From: Candidatus Latescibacterota bacterium
GTDB taxonomy: Bacteria > Latescibacterota > UBA2968 > UBA8231
DNA: 64,000 nucleotides
NCBI GenBank assembly: GCA_965248265.1
Contig: CBDFJF010000001.1
Coordinates: 1,056,001 to 1,120,000 of the forward strand
Direction of reading: 5' to 3'
The notes beneath the pieces are model-generated. The model was not told the origin of the DNA. It searched no databases and saw nothing but the letters and a program-made list of their open reading frames with translations. Shown one piece after another: positions 9,667-20,169 of the stretch. Positions within the stretch are counted from its first letter, which is position 1; every line of letters starts with the position of its first letter. The position numbers and the translations under genes are program-made.

Positions 9667-11175
9667 ATGACTTCACGACCTGTTGGATTCAATCTGCGCC
9701 TTGTGCTTCTCATCCTCTCGTTCTGCTTCCCGTTCAGCATAGAAGCGTCCGAGGAAGTGCCGTTGGCACCATGCGGCGACAAGATCGACATCAACGGCGC
9801 CGAATGCGGCATGCTGGAGGTGTACGAGAACCGGGCAGCTGGCACGGGTCGGCGAATTTCACTGAATATTGCAGTACTGCCTGCGCTGAGTCGGGAGCGT
9901 CAACCGGATCCGCTGTTCATGCTGGCGGGCGGCCCGGGAATGGCTGCGAGCTTTCTTGCATCGACGGCCGACGGGGCGATGCGGAGAATCCGCGAGAAAC
10001 GGGATATCGTGCTCGTCGATCAGCGCGGTACAGGTGACTCGCATCCCCTCGATTGCGAAGCACTCGATCCCGACTCCACCTACTACATGCTGGAAGGTGA
10101 TTTCCAGCTGCAGCCGATGAAAGATTGCCTGGAGGAACTACTCCAGGACGCCGATGTTCGGCATTACACCACGCCGGTGGCCATGGACGATCTCGACGAC
10201 GTGCGCGAGGCGCTCGGTTACGATCAGATCAATCTTTGGGGCGGATCGTACGGATCCCGGGCTGCCCTGGTATACCTGCGGCGCCATCCTGAGCACGTGC
10301 GCGCCGTTATCGTCGACGGGCTGGCGCCCATGGCGCTGCAGTTACCCCGTTATATCGGTGAGGACGCGGCGCGCGCCCTGGAGTTGATGCTCGCCGATTG
10401 TGAGCAGGATCCCGACTGCAGCAGCGCCTTTCCCCAGCTTCGCGACAAGTGGACTCAGCTGCTGACACGGCTGGAAGCGGAGCCTGACCAGGTGCGGTTG
10501 GCGCACCCACGTACAGGCGAGATCGATGAATTCACGATCACCCGAATTGGTGTTGTGGCCCTAGTCCGCGCCACGCTGTACGTGGCCGAGGCAAGCACGC
10601 TGCTACCACTGATTATCGAGCGTGCACACGAGCGCGACTATGCGCCGCTGCTGGCACTCGCCGACCCGTGGGCTGATGTCGCGGAGGCGATGAGCGTGGG
10701 CATGCTGTTCTCGGTTCTGTGCAGCGAGGATATCAGTAGAATCAGCGAGGAGGAACGGCAAGATTTGTCTGATGAGCCGCTGTTTGGCAGCACCATCATG
10801 GACCAATGGGGTTCGGTGTGCGATTTCTGGCCGTTGGCAGAATTGCCACCTGGTTATCACGAGCCCGTGATCTCGGACAAACCTGTGCTGGTACTGTCGG
10901 GCGAGCTCGATCCAGTCACACCACCCCGTTGGGGCGGGCTCACTGCGCAGCACCTCTCGAACTCCAAGCACGTCGTCGTCCCCGGCGTCGCCCATGGCAC
11001 ATTGGGCACTGGGTGCATACCCAGAATGATGGCTCAGTTCGTCGACAGCGCCAGTTTGGACGGTCTGGACACACAGTGCGTTGAGGAACTCAAGCGCCCA
11101 ATGTTCTTTCGCTCATTTGCCGGACCACGCGTGGGCACTGTTGAAACGACGAAGTCCGGAGGTCAGGCCGAGTGA
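9667..11175 (+). CDS. Secreted alpha/beta hydrolase, TAP-like peptidase family
   Basis: Signal peptide; GGPG, DQRGTG, nucleophile WGGSYG, acid GELDPVTP, and GVAHG His. Confidence 0.88.
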   Translation: MTSRPVGFNLRLVLLILSFCFPFSIEASEEVPLAPCGDKIDINGAECGMLEVYENRAAGTGRRISLNIAVLPALSRERQPDPLFMLAGGPGMAASFLASTADGAMRRIREKRDIVLVDQRGTGDSHPLDCEALDPDSTYYMLEGDFQLQPMKDCLEELLQDADVRHYTTPVAMDDLDDVREALGYDQINLWGGSYGSRAALVYLRRHPEHVRAVIVDGLAPMALQLPRYIGEDAARALELMLADCEQDPDCSSAFPQLRDKWTQLLTRLEAEPDQVRLAHPRTGEIDEFTITRIGVVALVRATLYVAEASTLLPLIIERAHERDYAPLLALADPWADVAEAMSVGMLFSVLCSEDISRISEEERQDLSDEPLFGSTIMDQWGSVCDFWPLAELPPGYHEPVISDKPVLVLSGELDPVTPPRWGGLTAQHLSNSKHVVVPGVAHGTLGTGCIPRMMAQFVDSASLDGLDTQCVEELKRPMFFRSFAGPRVGTVETTKSGGQAE

Positions 11176-11912
11176 TCGAGGTCAAGGGACTCAAGAAGCG
11201 CTTCGGCGACGTCGTCGCTGTGGATGGCATTGACTTTCAGGTACCTGACGGAGCGGTGACTGGGTTGCTGGGGCCCAATGGCGCCGGCAAGACGACGACC
11301 TTGCGCATGCTCTACGGTCTGATGGCACCCGACGCGGGACACCTGACTGTCGATGGTATCGACGTAAGCCAGGAGCCCCAGTCAGCGCAGGCGCGCATGG
11401 GGGTACTGCCGGATCAGCAAGGACTCTACCCCCGGCTTACAGCACGCGAGCACCTGCGGTACTTCGGCCAATTGCACAGCATGGGGCCCGAACTGGGGCG
11501 CAGAGTAGACGAACTCATTGAGCTGCTGGACATGGGCGATATCGCTGACCGCAAGGCGCAGGGCTACTCCAATGGCGAGCGCATGAAGGTTTCACTCGGG
11601 CGCGCTCTGGTCCACGATCCAGGCACCGTCCTGCTCGACGAGCCAACGAATGGACTCGACGTGCAGAGTACCCGGGCGGTCAGAGAGCTGATCAGGCGCA
11701 TGCGGCAGCAGGGCAAGTGCGTGTTGTTCTCCAGTCACATCATGCAGGAGGTGTCTGCGTTGTGCGACGACATCATCATCATGGCCGATGGGCGGATTGT
11801 CGCCGAGGGCACTCAGGACCAATTACGGCAGCAGAGTGGACATGAGAACCTGGAGGATGCCTTCGTTACCCTCACCGGCATGGATGATGTCAGTGGTGGA
11901 GGGCAGTCATGA
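11172..11912 (+). CDS. natA: NatA-like ABC transporter ATP-binding protein
   Basis: Walker A GPNGAGKT, Walker B LLDEPTNGLD, FSSHIMQEV; GTGA overlap with upstream gene. Confidence 0.8.
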   Translation: MIEVKGLKKRFGDVVAVDGIDFQVPDGAVTGLLGPNGAGKTTTLRMLYGLMAPDAGHLTVDGIDVSQEPQSAQARMGVLPDQQGLYPRLTAREHLRYFGQLHSMGPELGRRVDELIELLDMGDIADRKAQGYSNGERMKVSLGRALVHDPGTVLLDEPTNGLDVQSTRAVRELIRRMRQQGKCVLFSSHIMQEVSALCDDIIIMADGRIVAEGTQDQLRQQSGHENLEDAFVTLTGMDDVSGGGQS

Positions 11913-13087
11913 ACCGCAGCCTAGGCCCTCTCTTCGTGGTCTGGCGCAAGGAAGTCAAGGACGGCCTGCGCGACCGGCGCTCCGTGCTTTCCGCACTGCT
12001 GTTCCCTGTGCTGATGCCTTTTCTGATCACGGCGCTGTTCCAGGTCATAGCCAATCGGGAGCGCGAGGCCCAGGACATCGACATTCCCGTTGTGGGAGCG
12101 GAGCAGGCGCCCGATCTGATCGACTTCATCAAGCGCCGTGGGTACGGAGTGGTGGCGGGACCGCAAGACGCGGAAAAGGCGGTGCGCGACAAGGTACACG
12201 ACTTCGTCCTGGTCATTCCCGAGGATTTTGCCGAGGACTTTGCCCTCGCCAAGAAGGCGGAGATTGAACTCGTCTACGATGGCTCGCGCAAGGAAGCGTC
12301 GTCAGCAACTGGACGCGTGCGAGGCGTTGTCGGGGAGTACAGCCGTATGGTGGGATCACTGCGACTTGTCGCTCGCGGAATAAGCCCGGTCGTCAGTCGC
12401 CCGGTATCAATAAAGAACGTCGATGTGGTGTCGGCGCGTAAACGAGCTGCCAACCTGTTTACCTTCATCCCCATGTTCGTGATTATGGCCGCCTTCATGG
12501 CCGGGATGAACATGGCCATCGACACCACCGCTGGTGAACGCGAGCGCTCATCGCTCGAACCCTTGCTGGTGAATCCGGTTGCACGCTCCACCATCGTGTT
12601 GGGCAAGTGGCTGGCCACGGCGTTGTTCTCCAGCGTGGGCATTCTGCTGACGATGGCGAGTCTGACCTTCGCGTTGAGCCGTGTCCCTCTGCACCAGCTT
12701 GGAATTCAGCTACAGGTCGGCACGGTTGAAGTCGTTGGCATGCTGGTGGCCACCCTTCCCCTGGCGCTTTCGGCAGCGGGGCTGCAGATCCTGCTGGCCA
12801 CCTTCGCTCGCTCCTTCAAGGAAGCGCAGACCTATGCCTCGCTGCTGATCATCATCCCCATGGTGCCCCACTTCGTGGCCTCGCTCTACTCCCTGGGAAG
12901 CGAGTGGTGGATGCTGCCAATCCCGGCACTTGGCCAGCAAGTGTTGTTGACCGATGTCCTGGGAGGCGAATCCGTGACCGTGGCCTCCTTCCTGGCAGTC
13001 GGGCTTTCCTCAGCAGTGATCGGCCTGCTTTGTGTGGCTGTCACATCGAAGCTGTTCGAGCGGGAGCGTATCGTCTTCGGAAACTGA
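11909..13087 (+). CDS. natB: NatB-like ABC-2 permease
   Basis: KE..D.LRDRR start, TAGERERSSLEPLL, ARSFKEAQ; multiple transmembrane segments. Confidence 0.8.
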   Translation: MNRSLGPLFVVWRKEVKDGLRDRRSVLSALLFPVLMPFLITALFQVIANREREAQDIDIPVVGAEQAPDLIDFIKRRGYGVVAGPQDAEKAVRDKVHDFVLVIPEDFAEDFALAKKAEIELVYDGSRKEASSATGRVRGVVGEYSRMVGSLRLVARGISPVVSRPVSIKNVDVVSARKRAANLFTFIPMFVIMAAFMAGMNMAIDTTAGERERSSLEPLLVNPVARSTIVLGKWLATALFSSVGILLTMASLTFALSRVPLHQLGIQLQVGTVEVVGMLVATLPLALSAAGLQILLATFARSFKEAQTYASLLIIIPMVPHFVASLYSLGSEWWMLPIPALGQQVLLTDVLGGESVTVASFLAVGLSSAVIGLLCVAVTSKLFERERIVFGN

Positions 13088-13958
13088 ACGATCAGCCGAA
13101 ATGAATGAACGTGACCAACAGACTCGGCTTTGCAATTGCTTCGCAGGGGCTACAATCGAATTGTGCACGCGGAATGTGGCTGAGTAGGGTTGCTCTGCAG
13201 GTTGGAGGATGTGTCATGATTGCGGTAGGTCTGTTCGCCGCAACCATTGCACCACTTGAGTTCTCCCTCTTCAAGAACATCCCGAAGAATCTCGACGGCT
13301 TTGGCTACTTGGGGTTTGCAGCCCATTCAGGCCAGATTTTTGGGTTCTATCTCGTTGCTGTTGTGCTTGTTCCGTTGGGGTACGGTCATCTGCTGCTCAG
13401 ACCCTGGGCACACAAACTCAGCATAACGGTGTTGTGGTCTTGGCTCATATTAGGCATCCCCTGCATGGCATTGGTGACATCGATTTTTGTCGCCTCCAAG
13501 GACCCTACAGATCTGGGCACGTTAGTGTTTGGTGCCTTTGTTCTTTTCTTCTATCCAGCCTTGCCTACCACGCTAGTCTTGCTATATCGCAGTCCAAAGA
13601 CACGATCACAGTTTCAAACGCCTCGAGACTGCTCTGCTTGGATCGCGACTACACCCCTGCCGGTGCTAATTCTTGGTACGGTAGCGACCTTCTATGTCTT
13701 TGCGCTTCACGTGCCACTCTTTCTGAATGGCGTTGTCCCGTTTGGATGTGGTTTTCGCTCGGGCATTGAGGGGTACATTATCGCCAGTGCTGCCATTCTA
13801 TGTCTAACCTTCGTAGCTTGGGGATTGTTCAACTGTCGTCGTTGGGCATGGTTCGGCGGAGTGATTTGTTTTGCTTCGATGGCGGTGGAGTTTGATACTT
13901 CCCCAAGAGAGTGGACACCTCGAAGCGCCAAGTTAAATTTCTGGCAGGAGGTGTTCTT

Positions 13959-14246
13959 ATGTCACGCAAGTATGATCGTGAGTTTAAGCTCGAGGCCATT
14001 CGCCTGGCCGCAGAAGAAGGGGTATCGGCCCGAGGGGTCGAGCAACGATTGGGTTTAAGTGCAGGCATTATCAGTCGTTGGAAGAGAGAATTGAAGGTCC
14101 AAGGAGATGAAGCCTTCCCAGGTACCGGCCATTTAGGTGATCACGACGAGGAGGTCCGCCGTTTGCGGCGTGAGCTGGCGCGGGTGTCCCAGGAACGAGA
14201 TATCCTAAAAAAGGCGGCGGCCTTCTTCGCCAACGAGTCCAGATGA
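13959..14246 (+). CDS. IS3 transposase OrfA (HTH + leucine zipper)
   Basis: RBS AGGAGGTG; RKYDREFKLEAIRL...ERDILKKAAAFF; slippery A-AAA-AAG at 14207-14213. Confidence 0.93.
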   Translation: MSRKYDREFKLEAIRLAAEEGVSARGVEQRLGLSAGIISRWKRELKVQGDEAFPGTGHLGDHDEEVRRLRRELARVSQERDILKKAAAFFANESR

Positions 14247-15112
14247 GGTATCGCTTCATCGAGGTGGAGAAGGCGATGTACCCGGTCACTATGTTGTGTC
14301 GCGTGCTGCGGGTGTCGCGTAGCGGTTTCTACGCCTGGCAGCAGCGCCCGATCAGTCCTCGAGCTGAGCAGACTCGGCGACTGGATGTCGAGATCAACAA
14401 GTTGTTTGAAGCCAGCAAGCGGCGCTCCGGTAGCCCAAAGATCACCCGCGCCCTGATAGACGGAGGCTGGCAGGTGGGCGAGAATCGCGTTGCACGGCGC
14501 ATGCGTGTGTTGGGTCTGCGTTCGATTGTGCGACGCCGTTTCAAGGTGACGACCAACTCGCAACATCGATTTGCGGTGGCGCCGAACCGTTTGCAGCGCG
14601 ATTTCACCGCACAGCGCCCCAATCAAGTGTGGGTCAGCGACCTGACCTACCTCAGCGTCGGTCGCGGCTGGTTGTATTTGGTCGTCGTCATCGACCTGTA
14701 CTCCAGGCGCGTGGTGGGTTGGGCGTTGAGCTCGGCACTGGATCACCGCGTGGCGCTGGTCGCGCTGCAGCGGGCTGTAGCTCAACGTCGTCCGCCGAGG
14801 GGTCTGATCATCCATTCCGATCGCGGCGTTCAATACGCCTGCACCGCGTTCACTAACTGGGTCAGCAAACACGGCTTTGTGCAGAGTATGAGCCGTAAGG
14901 GCGACTGCTGGGATAACGCCGTGGCTGAGTCCTTCTTCCATCTGCTCAAGACCGAGTTGACCTACCACGAACACTGGCTCAACTACCGGGCCGCGTATCG
15001 CAGCCTGTTCGACTACATCGAGATTTTTTACAATCGAGAAAGGAGTCATTCCACCCTGGATTACGCAACACCCGCAGCATTCGAGCAGCATTCAACCAAA
15101 CTTGCTGCTTGA
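14243..15112 (+). CDS. IS3 transposase OrfB (DDE integrase core)
   Basis: WVSDLTY, HSDRGVQY, DNAVAESFF; -1 frame relative to OrfA. Confidence 0.95.
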   Translation: MRYRFIEVEKAMYPVTMLCRVLRVSRSGFYAWQQRPISPRAEQTRRLDVEINKLFEASKRRSGSPKITRALIDGGWQVGENRVARRMRVLGLRSIVRRRFKVTTNSQHRFAVAPNRLQRDFTAQRPNQVWVSDLTYLSVGRGWLYLVVVIDLYSRRVVGWALSSALDHRVALVALQRAVAQRRPPRGLIIHSDRGVQYACTAFTNWVSKHGFVQSMSRKGDCWDNAVAESFFHLLKTELTYHEHWLNYRAAYRSLFDYIEIFYNRERSHSTLDYATPAAFEQHSTKLAA

Positions 15113-15479
15113 CGGTGTCCATTTTTCCGGGGGAGTATCAGTTCGCTGTCGCATTCTTGTGCGCCGGTTCGTCAGAGTTCTTGCGACACCTCGGCGTACA
15201 TGATCCGAACCCAACCCTTGTCGAGCTTCAGTTTCCAAGCGCGCAGATCGCACTGCTCTTGGTGCTACCGACCGTGGCCACCTTGTTTACGATGTTGCTT
15301 AACCGTAAATACTTTGATCGAACCGCCACAAGAGCGGAGCTTGTGGTAGGTGTGTTGGCCTTCGTAATCCTGATTCGGTTTGGGTTTGCATCTTGAGCCC
15401 AGAGCACCTAGAACCGATCGCTCCACCACATATGGCCATTCGAAAATCCGTCATCCTCGAGAATGGGACTTCCCTCGAC

Positions 15480-15929
15480 ATGTTCGTGATGTACGCCTCG
15501 CCCGGATCTCCCGTCAACTCGACAACGCGTAGCGGATAACCAAAGACATCCGTCGACTCGGACATGAACCGCCGACGACGATCATCCTCACCGCTACCTC
15601 CTGACAGGGCTTTGAGCCAAGGATGGTAGGCGTAAAATTTCTTTTTGAGATCCCTGACCCTCATCTCGAGCTGCTCCGGCGTCAGCTCACGAAAGAATCT
15701 GCAGACGACGTGATGCGATCCCTCTACAATGAGGGTGGCTGAGCCCGCCCGGGTAGGAGACCATCCACGTCGAGGGGTCCTCCCTGTCCATGCCATGCTT
15801 CTCCAACCGACGCCAAACGAGATCCACCATCTCAGTAGCATCTTCCCGCGTGAAGGCCCGAACTTTGATGTAACCACGCACCTTGAATTGTTCGATCTCC
15901 TGTTCGGTCAGTGGGCCGTCAGTCTGCAT
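15480..15929 (-). pseudogene. PhyH-family dioxygenase remnant with internal deletion
   Basis: N-terminus LTEQEIEQFKVRGYI...DPSTW fused out of frame to TLIVEGSHH...VVELTGDPGEAY; the HxD region and C-terminus are missing. Confidence 0.65.
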
Positions 15930-15998
15930 ACGTTACCATGCTCTTCGCTGATGGATTGCCGTGTTTCGATGTTCCCCGCGCGCCTGCACTGGGCACCG

Positions 15999-17072
15999 TC
16001 ACTCCCCAGGTGCATCATCCAGATCCTTGTTTGGCTGTAATAACGACAGGCTCATATCCAGTCTTAGCCGAAGGTTGTCATTCATATCACGTGCCTGTAG
16101 AGAAACCGTCGGATCTTCTCTGTCCCAGTCAATGACGATGAGAGCGAACCCAGGCTCATTCAGGAATGGTCCCACACGATAACGGTTGTTCTCAGCTTTG
16201 AGGCTGCTGTAGGAATGGGTCAGGCCACTGGCTGTGAAATCGATCAATGGGTATCGCACACTCTGGTCGTTGACCACAGAGATTTCATGGATATGGCGGT
16301 CGCCGGAGAGCAGCATCACGCCACCTTTGTAACTCTCGCGGATCATCTCCAACAGGCGACGCCTGCTCTGTGGATAATTCCCCCAGTTTTCGAAGCGCTG
16401 GTCTAGTGCCAGCATCTGAGTCCCGGAACCGATAAAGATGAATTGAGCGGTCGAGGCGTTCAGTTCAGTGCGCAAGAAATCCCATTGCGCTTCTCCGAGA
16501 ATATCCGCATCCGGCCCCGGTTTGTCTGCGAAGTATCGGTTGTCGAGCAATATGAACTCTACCTGTCTGCCTGGGGGTCCGAAGGTGTACGCCGCATAGG
16601 CGCCATCTCGAGAGCGTCGAGGGGAATGATCGGGCTCCTCGAGAAAGTCGAGGAGCAACTGTTGGCTCTCTTTTTTCTTCGGGTACCACTTCCCCGAATT
16701 GTTCTCCCCATAGTCATGGTCGTCCCATGTGCCGACTATGGGATGGGTCTTGCGAAATTCAGCGTAGTCCTCACGGTTGAACTGCGCATCGTACGTGCGC
16801 CTCATGACCTCCATGTCCTCGGTGTCGGCATAGATGTTGTCACCGAGCCAGAGCCAGAGATCTATGTTGTGTTGGCTGAGAATACTCCACTGCGGCTGCG
16901 GAGCGTCCTGTCGATTACACGAACCAAGTCCGATGCGGGTAATCGGTTGTTTGAAATCGAGCGGATAGTGGGCGAGGGCCGATTCCGCTGATAGGATCAG
17001 GACCAGAGAAGCAGCGAGGGTATACAGCAGCAGCGACGTGCGCCGACATGGGCTGACCGGTTGTCGATCCAA
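15999..17072 (-). CDS. phoD: Alkaline phosphatase D family protein
   Basis: GSCN, WLGDNIYAD, WDDHDYG, LLSGDRH motifs; RR-containing signal peptide; start taken as TTG 17072 (uncertain). Confidence 0.88.
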   Translation of the reverse strand: MDRQPVSPCRRTSLLLYTLAASLVLILSAESALAHYPLDFKQPITRIGLGSCNRQDAPQPQWSILSQHNIDLWLWLGDNIYADTEDMEVMRRTYDAQFNREDYAEFRKTHPIVGTWDDHDYGENNSGKWYPKKKESQQLLLDFLEEPDHSPRRSRDGAYAAYTFGPPGRQVEFILLDNRYFADKPGPDADILGEAQWDFLRTELNASTAQFIFIGSGTQMLALDQRFENWGNYPQSRRRLLEMIRESYKGGVMLLSGDRHIHEISVVNDQSVRYPLIDFTASGLTHSYSSLKAENNRYRVGPFLNEPGFALIVIDWDREDPTVSLQARDMNDNLRLRLDMSLSLLQPNKDLDDAPGE

Positions 17073-17179
17073 TTTCCCTCTTCCTGATTTCAGGCGTAAG
17101 CAATGGCCTGATAACGATGTATGCGCCGAATAATGACTGACATTGCGGAACAGTAATCCCTTGCTTGTAAGCATAACGC

Positions 17180-17208
17180 TTGTCGCTTAACGTTTCCCGT
17201 TATATATT
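17180..17208 (+). promoter_or_regulatory. Sigma70-type promoter of higBA with overlapping palindromic operator
   Basis: TTGTCG (17180-85), 17-nt spacer, TATATT (17203-08); palindrome TAACG-N5-CGTTA at 17188-17202 within the spacer. Confidence 0.65.
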
Positions 17209-17214
17209 GTCCGT

Positions 17215-17496
17215 ATGATACGATCCTTCAAAGATCGAGAGTCTGAACGAATCTTTGAACGCATCCGATCCCGGAAACTGCCTGGCAATATTCAACAGAG
17301 CGCTCTTAGGAAGCTTCGCATGCTCAACCGGTCATCGACACTAGCGGATCTCCGAGTACCTCCTGCTAATCGACTTGAAAAACTACGCGGAGATCGCGCT
17401 GGTCAATATAGCATCCGGATCAATGATCAGTGGCGCATCTGCTTCTCATGGCGGAACGGAAACGCTCACAACGTCGAAATCGTCGACTATCACTAG
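17215..17496 (+). CDS. higB: HigB (RelE/ParE superfamily) toxin
   Basis: MIRSFKD...PPANRLEKLRGDRAGQYSIRINDQWRICF...VEIVDYH. Confidence 0.95.
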   Translation: MIRSFKDRESERIFERIRSRKLPGNIQQSALRKLRMLNRSSTLADLRVPPANRLEKLRGDRAGQYSIRINDQWRICFSWRNGNAHNVEIVDYH

Positions 17497-17506
17497 GAAT
17501 AAGCTT

Positions 17507-17812
17507 ATGTGTGCTCAGAAATTGGCTCCTGTTCATCCAGGTGAAGTTTTGTTGGAGGAGTTCCTGAAGCCTATGGACCTAAGTCAAAACCGGCTTGCAC
17601 TCGCCATTGGTGTCCCCCCCCGCCGGATCAATGAGATCGTCTTGGGCAAGCGAGGCATCACTGCTGATACCGCCCTGAGATTAGCGCGCTACTTCAACAT
17701 GACTCCCCAATTCTGGATGGGCATTCAGATGGACTATGCACTCGATGTGGCCGAAGACGAACTGTCAGAGCGGCTCGAGCGAGAGGTGCGCCCCTACTTG
17801 GAGACTGGGTGA
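17507..17812 (+). CDS. higA: HigA antitoxin (HTH-XRE)
   Basis: PVHPGEVLLEEFL, RINEIVLGKRGITADTALRLARYF, FWMGIQ; start is ATG 17507. Confidence 0.95.
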   Translation: MCAQKLAPVHPGEVLLEEFLKPMDLSQNRLALAIGVPPRRINEIVLGKRGITADTALRLARYFNMTPQFWMGIQMDYALDVAEDELSERLEREVRPYLETG

Positions 17813-17830
17813 TCGTACCCGTCTGATCGC

Positions 17831-18717
17831 ATGTCACTGGCCATCGCCTATCCACGATCACCTGGCGCGATGCTTTCTCCGCCGCCCTGCGCGATATTGC
17901 CGAAGCTGGCTTCACCGCCTTTGAGACATTCACGCTGCCGCCGAGAGCAGGCGAATCGTGGGTTGGGTACGTGGAACGAATCTCCAGTGCGTACACGGAG
18001 ACTCCCGACACCTACCTGGAGACGCAGTCCTACGCGACACCTCAGCAGCTCACCGCCTGTTCGAACCAGTTCAATCTCAAACTCGCCTCCATGTACTGTT
18101 CCGGGCAGTTCATCGATCCGGCGCTCGTGGACGCCGAGATCCAGGCGATTCTGGTAGCGGCCCGCTTCGTGCGCTCAGCCGGGTGCCGCCATCTCGTCAT
18201 CGGCGGAGGCATGAATTCAAGGGGTCGTTACGAGGATGACGACTACGCGCGGCTGGTCACGGCGCTACACACTATCGGTCGCGGCTGCCGCGACTTCGGC
18301 ATCACCGCCTGTTACCACCCCCATTCGGGAACCATGGTCGAGACGGCAGCTCAGTTGGAGAGATTCTGCGCTGAGACGGACCCGAGCCTGATTGCCCTGG
18401 CCCCCGACGTGGCGCACCTGGTTCGCGGCGGAGCCGACCCGGTCGAGACCATACGCCGTTACTCGGACCGTATTCAGTACGTCCACCTCAAGGACATCAA
18501 AGACGACGAATTTGTCGAACTCGGAGAAGGCACCGTCGATCTTCCGGGCGTGGTGGCAACCCTGAAAGACATCGGCTTCTCCGGCTGGGCGGTCGTCGAA
18601 CTCGACGACACGACCCGTACCCCACTGGAGAGTGCCGCGATCAGCTACCGATACCTGCGCGATCGGTTGGACGTTGCCCCCGGCCACGGACACATTCGCA
18701 CCTCGGGCTCTACATGA
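17831..18717 (+). pseudogene. Sugar phosphate isomerase/epimerase (IolE/AP endonuclease 2 TIM barrel), one-base deletion near start
   Basis: Restoring one T at ~17851 gives MSLAIAYSTITW...AEAGF..FE in frame with the 17971 ORF (YHPH, PDVAH, VHLKD, ELGEG, VVELD). Confidence 0.8.
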
Positions 18718-20169
18718 ACCGCAGACCGCGCTGTCCACTGAGCCAGCGGTCGGTTGGGTATTCGTAGACGCGGTCGGGCAGGCCGACGAGCTGGCCGTCC
18801 TCGATCCACTGCAGGTCGTCACCGTAGAGGTGATCGATCAGCAGCTTGGTGAGGCGTTGTTGGGCTTCGGTATGGTCAGGGCTACCGTTGAGGTCATGCT
18901 GCTCGAGGGGATCATTGTCGACATCAAACAGCTGCAAGGTATTGCCGACCGGATAGTAAATTAGTTTGTAGCGCTCGTCGCGCATCATGCGCGTCGCCGC
19001 TTCGGCGTCGCGATACTCGCCGTACAAATGGTCGCGACGCTCCAGGCCAAGCAGCGACATACCCTCGACGGTTTCCGGACATTCAATACCGCACAGGTCC
19101 AGCAGCGTCGGCATGATGTCGCCCAGTTCGGCGAGGCGGTCGTCGGTCGTGTTCGGCGTAATCCGGTCGCCATCGGCGGTGGGCACGAGGATCAACGGCA
19201 CCCGTGCCGATTTCTCGTACATCATGCCTTGGCCCACAGATGGTGATCGCCGAGCATGTCGCCGTGGTCGGAGGTGAAGCCGATGATCGTGTTTTCGAGT
19301 AACCCCTGCTCGCGCAAATACCCGATCACGAGCCGGATCTCGTGGTCGATGTGGGTGATCGTGGCATAGAATCCACGTCGCGCGAGGTCCTGTTCGTGCG
19401 CCGGCGCCACGCGCCTCCACAACCGGTCGACGACAGGCTTGGCCCCGTAGGGTAATGCCTCGAAGGTGGATGACCAGTCACCGAAAACAGGCGGATCCAT
19501 CTCCACGTCACGATACAGATCCATGTAGGCCTGAGGCGGACACACCGGCGGATGGGGGCCGATGAAAGACAGGTACCAGAATGCCGGTTTGCGAGGATCA
19601 CGCCGATGCATGGCTTTGCACATCTGCGACGCCGCCCAGTTGGTCGGATGGCAGGACTCGGGTAGCGGCCACGCGCGGGTCATGTACTCGGTCGTGTTCA
19701 TCCCATGGGCGAATTCCTGGCCCAGATACCCCTGGTCGGCGAGAAACAATTCCCAGTCGTCACCGCCTAGATCGCCGAGATGATGGCGACCTTCTTCATT
19801 TGTCAGCACGTCGTCGAAGCCGATGCGGTCGCGCTGCGGATGCACGTGCAGCTTGCCGACTGCCATCGACTGATAACCGGCATCGCGAAAGCTCTGCGCG
19901 AGCGTGGGCACCCCCGTGGGTAACCGAAGGGTTTCGTCAAAAACGCGGTCGCCGTGTGTCCTTGCTGTCTGGCCGGTCATCAGCGTTCGCCGAGCGGGGA
20001 TACAGACGGGACAGGCCGAATAAGCACGTGAATAGTGCACGCCACTTGCGGCCAGTTGCGCGATCGTCGGCGCCATGATGACCGGATGCCCGGCCGGGCC
20101 GGTCAGGAGTCCGCTCCAATGGTCGACGCAGATCAACAACACGTTGGGTTGCTCGAGACGTTCACTCAT
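18710..20169 (-). pseudogene. Formylglycine-dependent sulfatase split by one-base deletion
   Basis: CIPARRTLMTG (CxPxR), GKLH, SDHGDMLGDH; AAGGCATGATG at ~19230 lacks one G needed for K-G-M-M-Y-E; C-terminal part YKLIYY..QLFDV.NDPLEQ. Confidence 0.88.

Larger units (their letters stand above)
13893..15140 (+). mobile_element. IS3-family insertion sequence, 1248 bp, apparently intact
   Basis: 27-bp imperfect terminal IRs TGATACTTCCCCAAGAGAGTGGACACC / GGTGTCCATTTTTCCGGGGGAGTATCA (TG...CA ends); 3-bp target duplication GTT at 13890-13892 and 15141-15143. Confidence 0.96.
13105..15396 (+). pseudogene. Multi-pass membrane protein interrupted by IS3 element
   Basis: Removing 13893-15140 and one GTT copy fuses ...SMAVE to FAVAFLCAG...GFAS* in frame. 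Start codon uncertain (13105/13174/13216). Confidence 0.8.

Noticed and set aside
5939-20169. Programmed frameshifting in the SGNH, epimerase and sulfatase genes
   Set aside because: No slippery heptamers at the junctions; single missing bases explain them. Only the IS3 A6G site is a credible programmed shift.
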